From Myxococcales bacterium (GTDB lineage Bacteria > Desulfobacterota > Binatia > HRBIN30): a stretch of DNA of 64,000 nt. How positions within the stretch are numbered: the first letter of the stretch is position 1; every line of letters starts with the position of its first letter. The stretch lies in the NCBI GenBank assembly GCA_037445065.1, contig JBBILD010000005.1, positions 1 to 64,000 on the forward strand, read 5' to 3'. Shown here piece by piece: positions 19,816 through 29,351 of the stretch. Below the pieces are notes generated by a model, which did not search any database, had not been told where the DNA came from, and saw only the letters and a program-made list of their open reading frames with translations. The translations under genes and the position numbers were made by a program.

Positions 19816-20202
19816 CGCCGGTTTAGTTCGCCGAGCAACAGGCGTGCCCCTTACCCCGGATCGCATGCATGACCGAATCGGCGAGCTTGCGCCAAAAACC
19901 TAGACACCTCCGTGCCGCTGGCTGGCAAAAACTCGTCCGGACAGGCCACGGCAGACACCGATCGCCCTCTCGGGAGGAGGAGCCTGGCCCACTTTCGACC
20001 ATCCTAGAGCGTGGTTCCCACTGCTTCCAACCAGCGCGAGCGAAGGCCCCCGAACCCGGGCCAAACAACGCCGGATGATGCCCCGATCGCACGCTCTCGG
20101 GCGCCGGCATTACGCTGCCCTCGACGCACATCGGACCATGGAGCACAGCTCCCCTTTCTTTGCCGGCGGCGATCTGCCATAACAACTGCCCTGTCTCAGG
20201 CC

Positions 20203-20336
20203 GGAGGTGATCCAGAGTGATAGCTAGGTCCCACGCAAGAGAGCTTCGCCAACCCCGCCAGGTCCGGAAGGAAGCAACGGTAGCGAATGCTTCTCTGTGC
20301 CGTGGGGAAACCTAGCTATCACTTTGGACCACCTCC
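20203..20336 (+). ncRNA. ffs: Signal recognition particle RNA (4.5S)
   Basis: Domain IV signature GCCAGGTCCGGAAGGAAGCAACGG inside a long hairpin; located just upstream of dnaX. Confidence 0.93.
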
Positions 20337-20454
20337 CCTCTCGCGGGCAGCTAGACGACGGCTCGCGGGCGGGAGTTCGATCGTCGTGAAAAGAGCACAG
20401 CACTACGGGTGGATTCGGCCATAGCAGGAGCGAACAAACAGGGACCGCAATCTC

Positions 20455-22179
20455 ATGAGCTACCTGGTACTCGCTCGAAAGTGGCGCCCGCAGACCTTCG
20501 CGGACATCGTGGGCCAGGAGCACGTCACTCGGACGCTACAAAACGCCATTCGCGCCGGACGGATCGCTCATGCGTTCCTCTTCACCGGGGTCCGCGGCGT
20601 CGGAAAGACCACTGCCGCGCGCGTGCTCGCCAAAGCTTTGAACTGTGAACATGGCCCCACACCGGAGCCGTGCAACCATTGCGAGCCCTGCGGGGAGATC
20701 GCGCGCGGGCAGTCCGTCGACGTGATCGAAATTGACGGCGCTTCCAACACCGGAGTGGATGATGTGCGCGCGATCATCGAGAACGTGCGGTACCAGCCGG
20801 CCGCGTACCGTTTCAAAATTTACATCATCGACGAAGTTCACATGCTCTCGACCAGCGCGTTCAACGCGCTTCTAAAAACGCTCGAGGAACCGCCACCACA
20901 CGTCAAATTCGTGTTCGCCACCACCGATCCCCACAAAGTGCCGGCTACGGTTCAGTCGCGCTGCCAGCGCTACGACTTCCGGCGAATCCCTCTGCGCACA
21001 GTCGTGGAGCGCCTAGCCGAAATTGCTCGCGCAGAAGGCGTAGAAATCAGCGAGCGGGCCCTGTTTGCGGTGGCGCGCGAGGCAGAGGGGAGCATGCGCG
21101 ATGCGCAATCCCTGCTTGACCAGCTGATTGCTTACGGCGAAACGCGGATTGCGGACGAGCACGTGTACGAGGCCCTTGGCTTATCGGACCGGCGGTCGGT
21201 TGCTGCTCTGGCGAACGCTTTGCTTTCGCGCGACTGCCAGCAGTGCCTCTCTTTGCTGCATGAAGCCTATTCGGCGGGTCACGATCTGCGGCGCCTAGCC
21301 CGCGAGCTGCTCGAATACTTCCACGATCTCAGCTTGGTTCGCGTCGGCGCCGTGGGCGCATTGCGCGAGCGCTGGGGCAATGAGGAGATCGAGGAGCTGG
21401 AAATCGTCGCTCGCAAGACCGCACCCGTGGAACTCGATCGCTTTTTCCGGGGGCTCATGCCCCTCGAAGGCGAGCTGGCCAGATTGCCCTTCCCGAAGCT
21501 CCTTTTCGAAATGGCACTGATTCGCCTCGCAACGCAGGAGCCTTTGCTAGACCTGCGCGAAGTCCTCGAAGAGCTGCGCAACCTGGAGCGCCGCCTTAAC
21601 TCCACCGCTACCGGTCCCAGCTCTGCAGGGGCTTCGGGTACCCCACCCCGAGCGAGTAGCCACGCGCGCTCCACCCTGCGGGCAAGTGCCGCTCATCAGC
21701 CACCCGGGAAGGGAGTGGAGACCGGCAACGCGGTTCCAACCGCGGCTCGAGCACCGGGGCCCACCTTCGTGCATCCTCGTGGCGATGCGGACTGGGCGGC
21801 GTTTGTGCGCTTTACAGCTCAGCGGAGGCCCGTGCTGGCCACGCACTTGGAAGCCTGCCCGATAGCAGAAATTCACGAGGACCGGCTGGTGCTGGAGGCC
21901 CCTCGGGGCCATCACTTCGACTACCTAGAAAAGACGCAGAACCGTGCTGCAATCGAGGCTTTAGCAAGTGAATTTTTTGGCCGCAGACTCAAGGTCATCG
22001 TCAACCACAATGCCGCTGCGTTGCCGAACGCAAGCCAAGCGCTCAACGATCGCAAGAGTCAGAAACAAAGCGCGGCAGAACACCCCTTAGTACGAGCAGC
22101 GGTCGAAATCCTCGGGGCCCAAATTCAAGAAGTTCGGCCGCGTAGCTTTGCGCAAGCACAGAAAGAGGAACGGCAATGA
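20455..22179 (+). CDS. dnaX: DNA polymerase III subunit gamma/tau
   Basis: LARKWRPQTF, GVRGVGKTT, DEVHML, SRCQ, GSMRDA. Confidence 0.97.
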   Translation: MSYLVLARKWRPQTFADIVGQEHVTRTLQNAIRAGRIAHAFLFTGVRGVGKTTAARVLAKALNCEHGPTPEPCNHCEPCGEIARGQSVDVIEIDGASNTGVDDVRAIIENVRYQPAAYRFKIYIIDEVHMLSTSAFNALLKTLEEPPPHVKFVFATTDPHKVPATVQSRCQRYDFRRIPLRTVVERLAEIARAEGVEISERALFAVAREAEGSMRDAQSLLDQLIAYGETRIADEHVYEALGLSDRRSVAALANALLSRDCQQCLSLLHEAYSAGHDLRRLARELLEYFHDLSLVRVGAVGALRERWGNEEIEELEIVARKTAPVELDRFFRGLMPLEGELARLPFPKLLFEMALIRLATQEPLLDLREVLEELRNLERRLNSTATGPSSAGASGTPPRASSHARSTLRASAAHQPPGKGVETGNAVPTAARAPGPTFVHPRGDADWAAFVRFTAQRRPVLATHLEACPIAEIHEDRLVLEAPRGHHFDYLEKTQNRAAIEALASEFFGRRLKVIVNHNAAALPNASQALNDRKSQKQSAAEHPLVRAAVEILGAQIQEVRPRSFAQAQKEERQ

Positions 22180-22502
22180 GCAAAGGACCAGGCGGATTCT
22201 CCTCGATCTTGGAACAAGCACAACGGTTGCAGGAACAAATGAGCCGGTTGCAGGAAGAAGTGGGAGCACGGACCGTAGAGGCCAGCGCGGGCGGCGGGAT
22301 GGTAACGGTGACCATGAATGGCCGACTTGAGGTTGTGCAAGTGCGCATCGAACCCGCGGTGCTCAAGACCGGCGATGCGGAGATGCTACAGGATCTCGTT
22401 GCAGCGGCGGTCAACCTTGCGATCCGCAAAGCGCAGGGAATGCTCGCCGACGAAATGAAGAAACTCACCGGTGGGATGAAGATTCCCGGGCTCCCTTTCT
22501 GA
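22176..22502 (+). CDS. ybaB: YbaB/EbfC nucleoid-associated protein
   Basis: AGGGMVTV, EMLQDLVAAAVN; position between dnaX and recR. Confidence 0.95.
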   Translation: MSKGPGGFSSILEQAQRLQEQMSRLQEEVGARTVEASAGGGMVTVTMNGRLEVVQVRIEPAVLKTGDAEMLQDLVAAAVNLAIRKAQGMLADEMKKLTGGMKIPGLPF

Positions 22503-22530
22503 ATCCCGTTGTTTTTGCTTCTGTGCAGGT

Positions 22531-23130
22531 ATGGCCGAACTGCCTCCGCCATTGATGCGAGTGATCCAAGAACTCACCCGACTTCCCGGAATCGGGGAGA
22601 AAACCGCAACCCGATTGGCCTTTCATCTCTTACGGGTTGATCGGCGCGAGGTGGAGCAACTTGCAGACGCCTTGCGCGAGCTTCGCTCCGCGATCCGCTT
22701 GTGCTCTCAGTGCCTCGCATTTACCGCCGACGATCCTTGCCGCCTCTGTTCCGATCCACGACGGGACCCTGATACGCTCTGTGTGGTGGAGCGCCCGGCC
22801 GACGTAGTGGCGATCGAACGAACGGGGAGCTTCCGCGGGCGATACCATGTGTTGCACGGCAGTCTTTCTCCCTTGGATGGCGTCGGCCCCGAGCAACTGC
22901 GAATCGGTGAATTACTTTCCCGCTTGCAGAACGGCGGGGTGCGCGAAGTCGTTCTCGCCTGCAATCCGACCCCGGAAGGTGAAGCCACTGCGCTCTACCT
23001 GGCGCGTTTGATCAAACCGCTGGGCATCCGCGTGACCCGCATTGCTCACGGCCTGCCCGTGGGAGCGGACGTGGAATACGCCGACAGTGTCACACTTGGA
23101 AAAGCATTAGAAGGCAGGCGAGACCTGTAG
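22531..23130 (+). CDS. recR: Recombination protein RecR
   Basis: LPGIGEKTA HhH, C4 zinc finger, Toprim EGEATA. Confidence 0.97.
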   Translation: MAELPPPLMRVIQELTRLPGIGEKTATRLAFHLLRVDRREVEQLADALRELRSAIRLCSQCLAFTADDPCRLCSDPRRDPDTLCVVERPADVVAIERTGSFRGRYHVLHGSLSPLDGVGPEQLRIGELLSRLQNGGVREVVLACNPTPEGEATALYLARLIKPLGIRVTRIAHGLPVGADVEYADSVTLGKALEGRRDL

Positions 23131-23142
23131 AGCCTCACTCCA

Positions 23143-24450
23143 GTGCCAGGCGTCGTACGCATTGATTTCGGTCGAGAAGGCTTGACGCTTTCTATCCCGC
23201 CGACGGTGTCGGCAATCATCGCGCAACCCCAGCGTGATCCTCCCCTTGCCCACCCGACCGAGAGTGTTCGTCAGGCGCTGCGTTCCCCGCTGGGGAGCCC
23301 CCCCTTACAACAGGTGGCGCGCGGCAAGAGGCGGGCGGCGGTCGTGGTTTCGGACATCACTCGTCCCGTGCCCTATCGCACCTTGCTCCCACCCCTGCTC
23401 GGCGAATTACACGACGCGGGCATCGAAGGCCGCCAAATCGAAATCATCATAGCCACCGGTCTGCACCGCCCGAACACGGTTGCTGAAATCGAGGAAATGC
23501 TCGGCACCGAGATCGCCTCCCGCTACTCCGTGCGCAACCACATTGCGCGCGACGAAGCGCAACACGAATATCTCGGGCGCACGAGCAGGGGCACGCCAAT
23601 CTGGATTGATCGAGGTTTTCTTGCAGCCGATTTGCGCATTCTCACAGGCCTCATCGAGCCCCATTTAATGGCAGGGTACTCCGGGGGTCGGAAGGCGTTA
23701 TGCCCTGGTCTCGCCGCTGTCGAAACTGTGCGCCATGTGCATGGCGCCGCGATGCTGGATAGCTTTGTGGGGCCCGGCATTCTGGCGGGCAATCCGTTCC
23801 ACGAGGAATTGTTGGAAATCGTCACCCGGGTTGGGGTGGGTTTCCTTTGCGACGTCACCATTGACCGGCAGCGCCGGCTTACGGGTGTGTTTGCTGGCGA
23901 CGTGCGAGACGCACATGCCGCAGGAGTGCGCGAACTCGACCGCCAAGTCCATGTTCCTCTCCCTCAAGCAGCCGAGGTGGTTCTCACTTCGGCTGGAGGC
24001 TACCCCCTGGACCGCACCTTCTACCAATCGATCAAAGGCCTGGTCGCCGCCCTAAACGTCTTGCAACCAGGAGGGACGATCGTTCTGTTCGCAGAACTGA
24101 GCGAGGGCATCGGAAGTCCCGAGTTTATCGCTCTGCTAGCGGCGGCTGGATCCCCCGAAGCTTTTCGCGAGCGACTGCGCGATGCCAACTTTTTCCAAAT
24201 CGACCAGTGGATGGTACAACACCTCTGCCAGGTGTTGGCACGGGGCCGGGTGGTGGTCGTGAGTCCGGCGCCCCGGCCGGCCCTCAGCGAGAGGTTCGAC
24301 ATCGAGTGGCTGGCCTCGTGGGAGCAAGCCAGCGCGCTCTTGCTTGCGCGACACGGCAGCCGAGCGCGCTGGGTCATCCTTCCCGAGGGCCCGTACACGC
24401 TTGCCACCGTGGAAGGGGTTAGGCTTCCCCTGACTCTGCAGGCCGGCTAG
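23143..24450 (+). CDS. LarA-family nickel-pincer-dependent racemase/epimerase
   Basis: SDITR, TGLHR, EPHLMAGYSGGRK, YQSIKG motifs. Confidence 0.88.
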   Translation: MPGVVRIDFGREGLTLSIPPTVSAIIAQPQRDPPLAHPTESVRQALRSPLGSPPLQQVARGKRRAAVVVSDITRPVPYRTLLPPLLGELHDAGIEGRQIEIIIATGLHRPNTVAEIEEMLGTEIASRYSVRNHIARDEAQHEYLGRTSRGTPIWIDRGFLAADLRILTGLIEPHLMAGYSGGRKALCPGLAAVETVRHVHGAAMLDSFVGPGILAGNPFHEELLEIVTRVGVGFLCDVTIDRQRRLTGVFAGDVRDAHAAGVRELDRQVHVPLPQAAEVVLTSAGGYPLDRTFYQSIKGLVAALNVLQPGGTIVLFAELSEGIGSPEFIALLAAAGSPEAFRERLRDANFFQIDQWMVQHLCQVLARGRVVVVSPAPRPALSERFDIEWLASWEQASALLLARHGSRARWVILPEGPYTLATVEGVRLPLTLQAG

Positions 24451-25265
24451 TGCGACCGAGCTTCCGGGTTGGCGCGCCCCAGTACCGAGCGCTTCGCCCG
24501 GCAACCGGCACAGTCTCGCTGCTCACAAAACAGCGCGAGCGGGTCGTTCCGGAGTACACGCGTGGCAAGCTGAAGCAAGTAACGGAACGGGACAATCCGG
24601 ATCGAGCCGGCTGGTAAGGCAATCTCCCGAACGGCTTCACCATCGAGTAACGGTTCGAGCTTGTCGAACGCTCGAGTGCACCCGGGGAAGTGATCGATCA
24701 CCACTCTTTCCCGATACCCCGCAGCGTTGATCCGAAGGGCAACCATCTTCTCGCGAATACTGAGCCCTGCCATTTCCAGCGCTAGATGGAGGCCGACGAC
24801 TCGTTGCAGCGAGCATCCCAGAAGCAACACAGAGCCGCGGAATACGTTGAGCTTCTTCAAGGGCCCGAGTGGGTTATTGTCCCGATGCGTAGAGAGAAGC
24901 TCACGGGCGAGCGGGCCCTGCGCAGCGAAAGAGTGCGTAGGATGGTGGCTGCGCAACACGCCCGGCAACCGGCGGAAGGCCTCCGCAACTGGCTCGCTCG
25001 TCGCTAAGTCCGGGTGAAACGGCACGACGGCAGGCCGGGACCGCACAGCGGGGCCAGTCGAACCTACATCGAGGAGGGTCTTCTCAACCGTGAAAGTCGG
25101 CATGAGTACCGTGCCTGCTGGGCCCGCTGCCTCCAGGACCGTCTCCACGACCCACTCTGCTTGTTCCTCTCGAAGCCCGAGCCTCTCCAAGTCAGCGTGG
25201 ACGACGAGGTTCTTGCCGTGCATCTCGAGACGGGCCAAGCAATCCCGCAGTTGTTCTCGAGTCAC
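24447..25265 (-). CDS. AAC(3)/YokD-family acetyltransferase-like protein
   Basis: LVVHADL, MPTFT, EAFRRLPGVLRSHHPTHSFAAQG; C-terminal Cys cluster. Confidence 0.8.
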   Translation of the reverse strand: MTREQLRDCLARLEMHGKNLVVHADLERLGLREEQAEWVVETVLEAAGPAGTVLMPTFTVEKTLLDVGSTGPAVRSRPAVVPFHPDLATSEPVAEAFRRLPGVLRSHHPTHSFAAQGPLARELLSTHRDNNPLGPLKKLNVFRGSVLLLGCSLQRVVGLHLALEMAGLSIREKMVALRINAAGYRERVVIDHFPGCTRAFDKLEPLLDGEAVREIALPAGSIRIVPFRYLLQLATRVLRNDPLALFCEQRDCAGCRAKRSVLGRANPEARSH

Positions 25266-25270
25266 GCCAC

Positions 25271-26173
25271 CTACGCTCCGGGAAGAACACTTGCACACGT
25301 GCGAGCGACCCTCGCCGAGTACTCCAACACTGCCCGCGCCCGCTCCGGCGACGCCGCGCCGAGGCCACAAGCCGGGCCAAAGTGCACAGCGGGCAGATGG
25401 TACCGTTTCAGCGCCTGGACCAAGCTCGGCGCTAGATCTTCGAGAACGGGGAACTCGGCATTGGCACGCGCAACGCCAATGTACAATTCCTGACTGGCAC
25501 CCACCGTGCCGAGCAAGCCCAGAAGACCGGGCTCGCTGACAAAATCCAGCGCCAACACATCCGCAGGTATGGAGTGAAGCTGCGCATACAAAGGTGCGGC
25601 CCCGGGTCCCCAAGTCGACACGATGAGCCGTGCCCGTCCGCGCGCTTCCCAAATCGGCTCGAGCAACGAACGCAGAAAACGAACCTCGCTCGGACGTCTC
25701 AAAATTACGGGTTCATCGAGCTGGATCCAATCTGCACCAGCCTCTGCCAAGGCAGCGACTTCCTCGAGCAGCAGCGTCGCCCATGCCTCACTTAGAGCAG
25801 CGCGGGTCGGATAGACACCTCGGTCCCGAGTCAGCTCGGCCATTGTCAAGGGCCCCGCAAGCACCACCTTCACCGGTCGGCTCGCTTGCTCTTGAGCCGC
25901 ACGCCAGTGCTCTACCGCCGCATTGCGAACCGAGTGAAGGTGGTCCCGGATGATCGGAGCGGGCACCGAAAAGCCTGCGCCGAAGTAGTCTTGCAACCCT
26001 CCAGGGTCCGCACCTGAAGTCAGTTCCAGAACCAGCCAAACCGGATCGCGGCTGTAAAAGAAACCATCGGTCAACACGTCGCAGCCGAGTTCTTCTTGCC
26101 AATGCAGCACAGTGCCAAGACTCGGGGCCGTGTCTGCCGGGAGCGTGCTGTGATTGTGGGCCAGCGAGATCAT
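25271..26173 (-). CDS. Cobalamin-independent methionine synthase-like single-barrel protein (degenerate)
   Basis: QEELGCDVLTDG, KVVLAGPLT, WIQLDEP, PACGL. Confidence 0.75.
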   Translation of the reverse strand: MISLAHNHSTLPADTAPSLGTVLHWQEELGCDVLTDGFFYSRDPVWLVLELTSGADPGGLQDYFGAGFSVPAPIIRDHLHSVRNAAVEHWRAAQEQASRPVKVVLAGPLTMAELTRDRGVYPTRAALSEAWATLLLEEVAALAEAGADWIQLDEPVILRRPSEVRFLRSLLEPIWEARGRARLIVSTWGPGAAPLYAQLHSIPADVLALDFVSEPGLLGLLGTVGASQELYIGVARANAEFPVLEDLAPSLVQALKRYHLPAVHFGPACGLGAASPERARAVLEYSARVARTCASVLPGA

Positions 26174-28074
26174 TGCTGCTCTTGCGCCTTCAGTACCAAC
26201 AAAGCGAGCGGCGGCAAAGTGACGGACAGAGAGTACGGCCTCCCGTGACAGGGGACCGACTCGGCAAGAACACCGCCAGCGTTCCCGACATCGCTTCCCC
26301 CGTAATGGCGAGAGTCGCTATTCAAGAGTTCACGCCAAAACCCTGGCTGCTCGACCCCGACGCGAAAACCCTTGCGCGGCACTGGAGTAAAGTTCAGCAT
26401 AACCAGCACGGTCTCGCCGCTCCGGGCGCGGCGCAAGTAGCTGAGCGTACTCTGCTCCGAGTCGTGGCAGTCCACCCACTCGAAGCCGGAGCGCTCCCCG
26501 TCTAACTCGTGCAACGCAGCTTCCTGACGGTACAAAGCATTCAAATCGCGGACGTAGCGCTGCAAGGCCCGGTGCGGCTCGTATCGCAAGAGCTGCCATT
26601 CGACCTCCGCCTCGTGATTCCACTCGCTCCACTGCCCTATGTCGTTACCCATGAACAACAACTTTTTGCCCGGCTGCGTGTACTGCCAGCCAAATAACAA
26701 GCGCAGATGAGCAAACTTCTGCCACTGGTCGCCCGGCATCTTTGCCAGCAAGGAGCCCTTCCCGTGCACCACTTCGTCATGCGACAGCGGCAGCACGAAG
26801 TTTTCGTCGAAGGCGTAGAGCATGCGGAAGGTAATATCGTTGTGGTGATACTTGCGGAACAACGGATCACGCTGGAAGTAGCGCAGCGAGTCGTGCATCC
26901 AGCCCAAGTCCCACTTGAACCCAAACCCAAGTCCCCCGAGGTAGGTAGGGCGGGACACCATGGGCCAAGCGGTAGATTCTTCTGCCACCGTAAAAATCTC
27001 CGGATGCAAGGCGTACACCCTTTCGTTGAGGTGCCGTAGGAAGGAGATCGCTTCGAGGTTTTCGTTGCCCCCGAAAACATTCGGAATCCACTCGCCAGGG
27101 CGGCGCGAGTAATCCAAATACAACATCGAAGCGACCGCGTCGACGCGCAGCGCATCAACGTGGTAGACCTCACACCAGAACAGGGCGCTGGCGAGCAGGA
27201 AGTTGCGCACTTCCCACCGCCCGTAATTGAAGATCAGCGTGCCCCAATCTGGGTGCTCGCTCTGCCGGGGGTCGGCGTGCTCGAAGAAGCATGTACCGTC
27301 GAACCGGGCCAACCCATGCTCATCGCGCGCGAAGTGGCCGGGAACCCAATCGAGAATCACCCCGATCCCATTTCGGTGGAGCGAGTCAATCAGAAACATG
27401 AGATCTTGCGGGGTACCGTACCGGCTCGTGGCGGCGAAGTACCCTGTGGGTTGGTAGCCCCAGGAAGCATCGAGCGGGTACTCCGTCAGTGGAAGGAACT
27501 CCACGTGTGTGTACCCCTGCGTTACGACATACTCCACGAGGTCGTTGGCTAACTCCCGATACGACAGCCAACGCCCATCCTCTTTCCGCATCCACGATCC
27601 CAAATGCACTTCATACGCCGCGATGGGCTCGTGAACCCAATGCTTGTGACGACGGGCTTCCATCCATTCTGCGTCACCCCACGGATATCCCCTGAGATCC
27701 CAGACGCGAGAAGCGGTGCCCGGGCGCATCTCCGCGTAAAACGCGAATGGGTCAGCCTTTGCGCATCGATATGCACGATCGCGCGATTCGATCAGGAACT
27801 TGTACAGTGCCCCTTGCCTCACGCCCGGGACGAAGCACTCCCACACCCCCGCTTCAGGCCGCAAGTGCATGGGGTTGCGGCTGGGGTCCCAACCGTTGAA
27901 ATCTCCGATCACCGAGACCGCACCGGCATTCGGAGCCATGACGGCAAAGTACGTGCCCTCCAACCCGTTAGCGGTCACGATGTGCGCTCCTAACTTCTCC
28001 CAACAACGCTCGTGCGTTCCTTGCGCCAAGAGGTGGAGGTCAAAATCCGAAAGGAAACTCCAAGTCGGTGTCAT
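26170..28074 (-). CDS. glgB: 1,4-alpha-glucan branching enzyme
   Basis: YEVHLGSW, SWGYQ, DWVPGHF, RVDAVASM, AEEST, SHDEVVHGK; alternative coupled start at 28158. Confidence 0.97.
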   Translation of the reverse strand: MTPTWSFLSDFDLHLLAQGTHERCWEKLGAHIVTANGLEGTYFAVMAPNAGAVSVIGDFNGWDPSRNPMHLRPEAGVWECFVPGVRQGALYKFLIESRDRAYRCAKADPFAFYAEMRPGTASRVWDLRGYPWGDAEWMEARRHKHWVHEPIAAYEVHLGSWMRKEDGRWLSYRELANDLVEYVVTQGYTHVEFLPLTEYPLDASWGYQPTGYFAATSRYGTPQDLMFLIDSLHRNGIGVILDWVPGHFARDEHGLARFDGTCFFEHADPRQSEHPDWGTLIFNYGRWEVRNFLLASALFWCEVYHVDALRVDAVASMLYLDYSRRPGEWIPNVFGGNENLEAISFLRHLNERVYALHPEIFTVAEESTAWPMVSRPTYLGGLGFGFKWDLGWMHDSLRYFQRDPLFRKYHHNDITFRMLYAFDENFVLPLSHDEVVHGKGSLLAKMPGDQWQKFAHLRLLFGWQYTQPGKKLLFMGNDIGQWSEWNHEAEVEWQLLRYEPHRALQRYVRDLNALYRQEAALHELDGERSGFEWVDCHDSEQSTLSYLRRARSGETVLVMLNFTPVPRKGFRVGVEQPGFWRELLNSDSRHYGGSDVGNAGGVLAESVPCHGRPYSLSVTLPPLALLVLKAQEQQ

Positions 28075-28157
28075 TCCTCTGCTGATCCTCTCCTGTGGAC
28101 TGAGCAGCTCCTCGCCTCGGCAACTCCTTTGCCAGGCATGGGCGTGGACCTTCTCCA

Positions 28158-28511
28158 TCAAGGGGAGCAAGCGGCAAGCAAGCGGTGCCACACATCGCGG
28201 GGGTTTGCGGCTCGCACGGCGAGAGTCTTCACGCGCGAGGTCGCCCCATGTACGAGCTGGATATTCGAACGTGGGATCTTCAGAACCGACGACACAAAGG
28301 CGAGCAGTGCCCGGTTTGCCTTTCCCTCCACAGCGGGGGCGGTCACGCGCAGGCACAATGCGCCGTCTCGCTCGCCACAAATTTGATTCTGCTTCGCACC
28401 AGCTTGCACCCGCAGGCGAATCCACACTTGATCACCGTGAACGCTGCACCAAACCGGCCAGGCTTCCGTGCCGAGTTTTCGATTCTGCGCCGCCCTCTCT
28501 TTGGCGTCCAT
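28158..28511 (-). CDS. DUF167/YggU family protein
   Basis: VTAPAVEGKAN, GATSRVK. Confidence 0.88.
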   Translation of the reverse strand: MDAKERAAQNRKLGTEAWPVWCSVHGDQVWIRLRVQAGAKQNQICGERDGALCLRVTAPAVEGKANRALLAFVSSVLKIPRSNIQLVHGATSRVKTLAVRAANPRDVWHRLLAACSP

Positions 28512-28662
28512 CGGTCCGCTTCCCATAATTCGCAGTTCCGTGCCGAGTCTCCGCACCCAGATACACTCTTTTGATCAGTGAATCATCGCACCCAGGATTG
28601 CGTCCATGCTAGCCTACAATGCGCGCTGGTATCTCGGCAGTGAGGCGCAAGGAGGATGGTTC

Positions 28663-29208
28663 ATGGAGCGAACCTGGCACGAGCCGATCATGCGGTTGTT
28701 TGTGATCTGCGTTGGCGTTTTTCTCACGACCAGTTCAGCGGCGGCAGTCCGCGGAGGGGCGTGCAAGGAGGACGTTGCAAAATTCTGTGCGAACGTGCCC
28801 GCAGGCAAGGGGCGCATTCGCGAGTGCCTACAAGCCCATCTGCCAGATCTCTCGCCGCAGTGCCGTGCCCAACTGACCCTTGCTACTAGCCGCGGCTGGG
28901 CCCACGGTCCCTGTGCCGAGGATGTCCGCAAGTTTTGTTCCGACGTTCCTCCGGGGCAAGGTCGTCTGCGGGTCTGCCTCGAACAACATCGGAACGAACT
29001 CTCCCCTGCCTGCGCCGAACGGCTCGCGGCGCGCCAAAGAGGCTGGAAAGCCAGTGCCTGCGCCGCCGACGTGGAGCGGTTTTGCCGCGACCTCCCACGT
29101 GGTGGCGGCCGCATCCGCGCTTGTCTCGAGCAACACCTTGACCAGCTCTCCGTACAGTGCCGGGAACAGTTGAGCGGCCGGGGGCAGCAGCGAAACCAAG
29201 CCCGCTAA
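28663..29208 (+). CDS. Exported cysteine-rich repeat protein (3 repeats)
   Basis: AGGAGG RBS; signal-peptide-like N-terminus; three C-x-x-D-V-x-x-F-C...G-x-G-R...C-L...L-S-x-x-C repeats. Confidence 0.85.
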   Translation: MERTWHEPIMRLFVICVGVFLTTSSAAAVRGGACKEDVAKFCANVPAGKGRIRECLQAHLPDLSPQCRAQLTLATSRGWAHGPCAEDVRKFCSDVPPGQGRLRVCLEQHRNELSPACAERLAARQRGWKASACAADVERFCRDLPRGGGRIRACLEQHLDQLSVQCREQLSGRGQQRNQAR

Positions 29209-29351
29209 CCGCCGCGAATTTGCCTCCGGTGAGCGGTTTCCATGGCTGCTCCAGTGGACGCTGGTAGAAGGATCTTGAGAAGAGTGCATTGCACGGCAGT
29301 CGCAGCAGCTTACGTGGCAAGTCCTCGTTGATGTCAGGGGGTCCTAAGACC

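Noticed and set aside
19880..19940. sigma54 promoter for the pilin operon
   Set aside because: One candidate has GG-N9-GC spacing; the other (CGGACGAGTTTTTGCC) has correct spacing but a poor -24 element; too weak to call
20455..22179. Programmed frameshift or slippage site producing DnaX gamma
   Set aside because: No A-AAA-AAG heptamer or long poly-A run seen in the linker region
24447..25265. Acquired aminoglycoside resistance gene
   Set aside because: Chromosomal operon context, no mobile element and divergent catalytic motifs
28075..28425. N-terminal extension of GlgB to 751 aa (similar extensions on meaB, the AAC(3)-like gene, the porin, DUF4838, pfkB and rlmN)
   Set aside because: Most extensions overlap neighbouring genes or regulatory DNA; downstream starts fit family lengths better, several with a clear RBS
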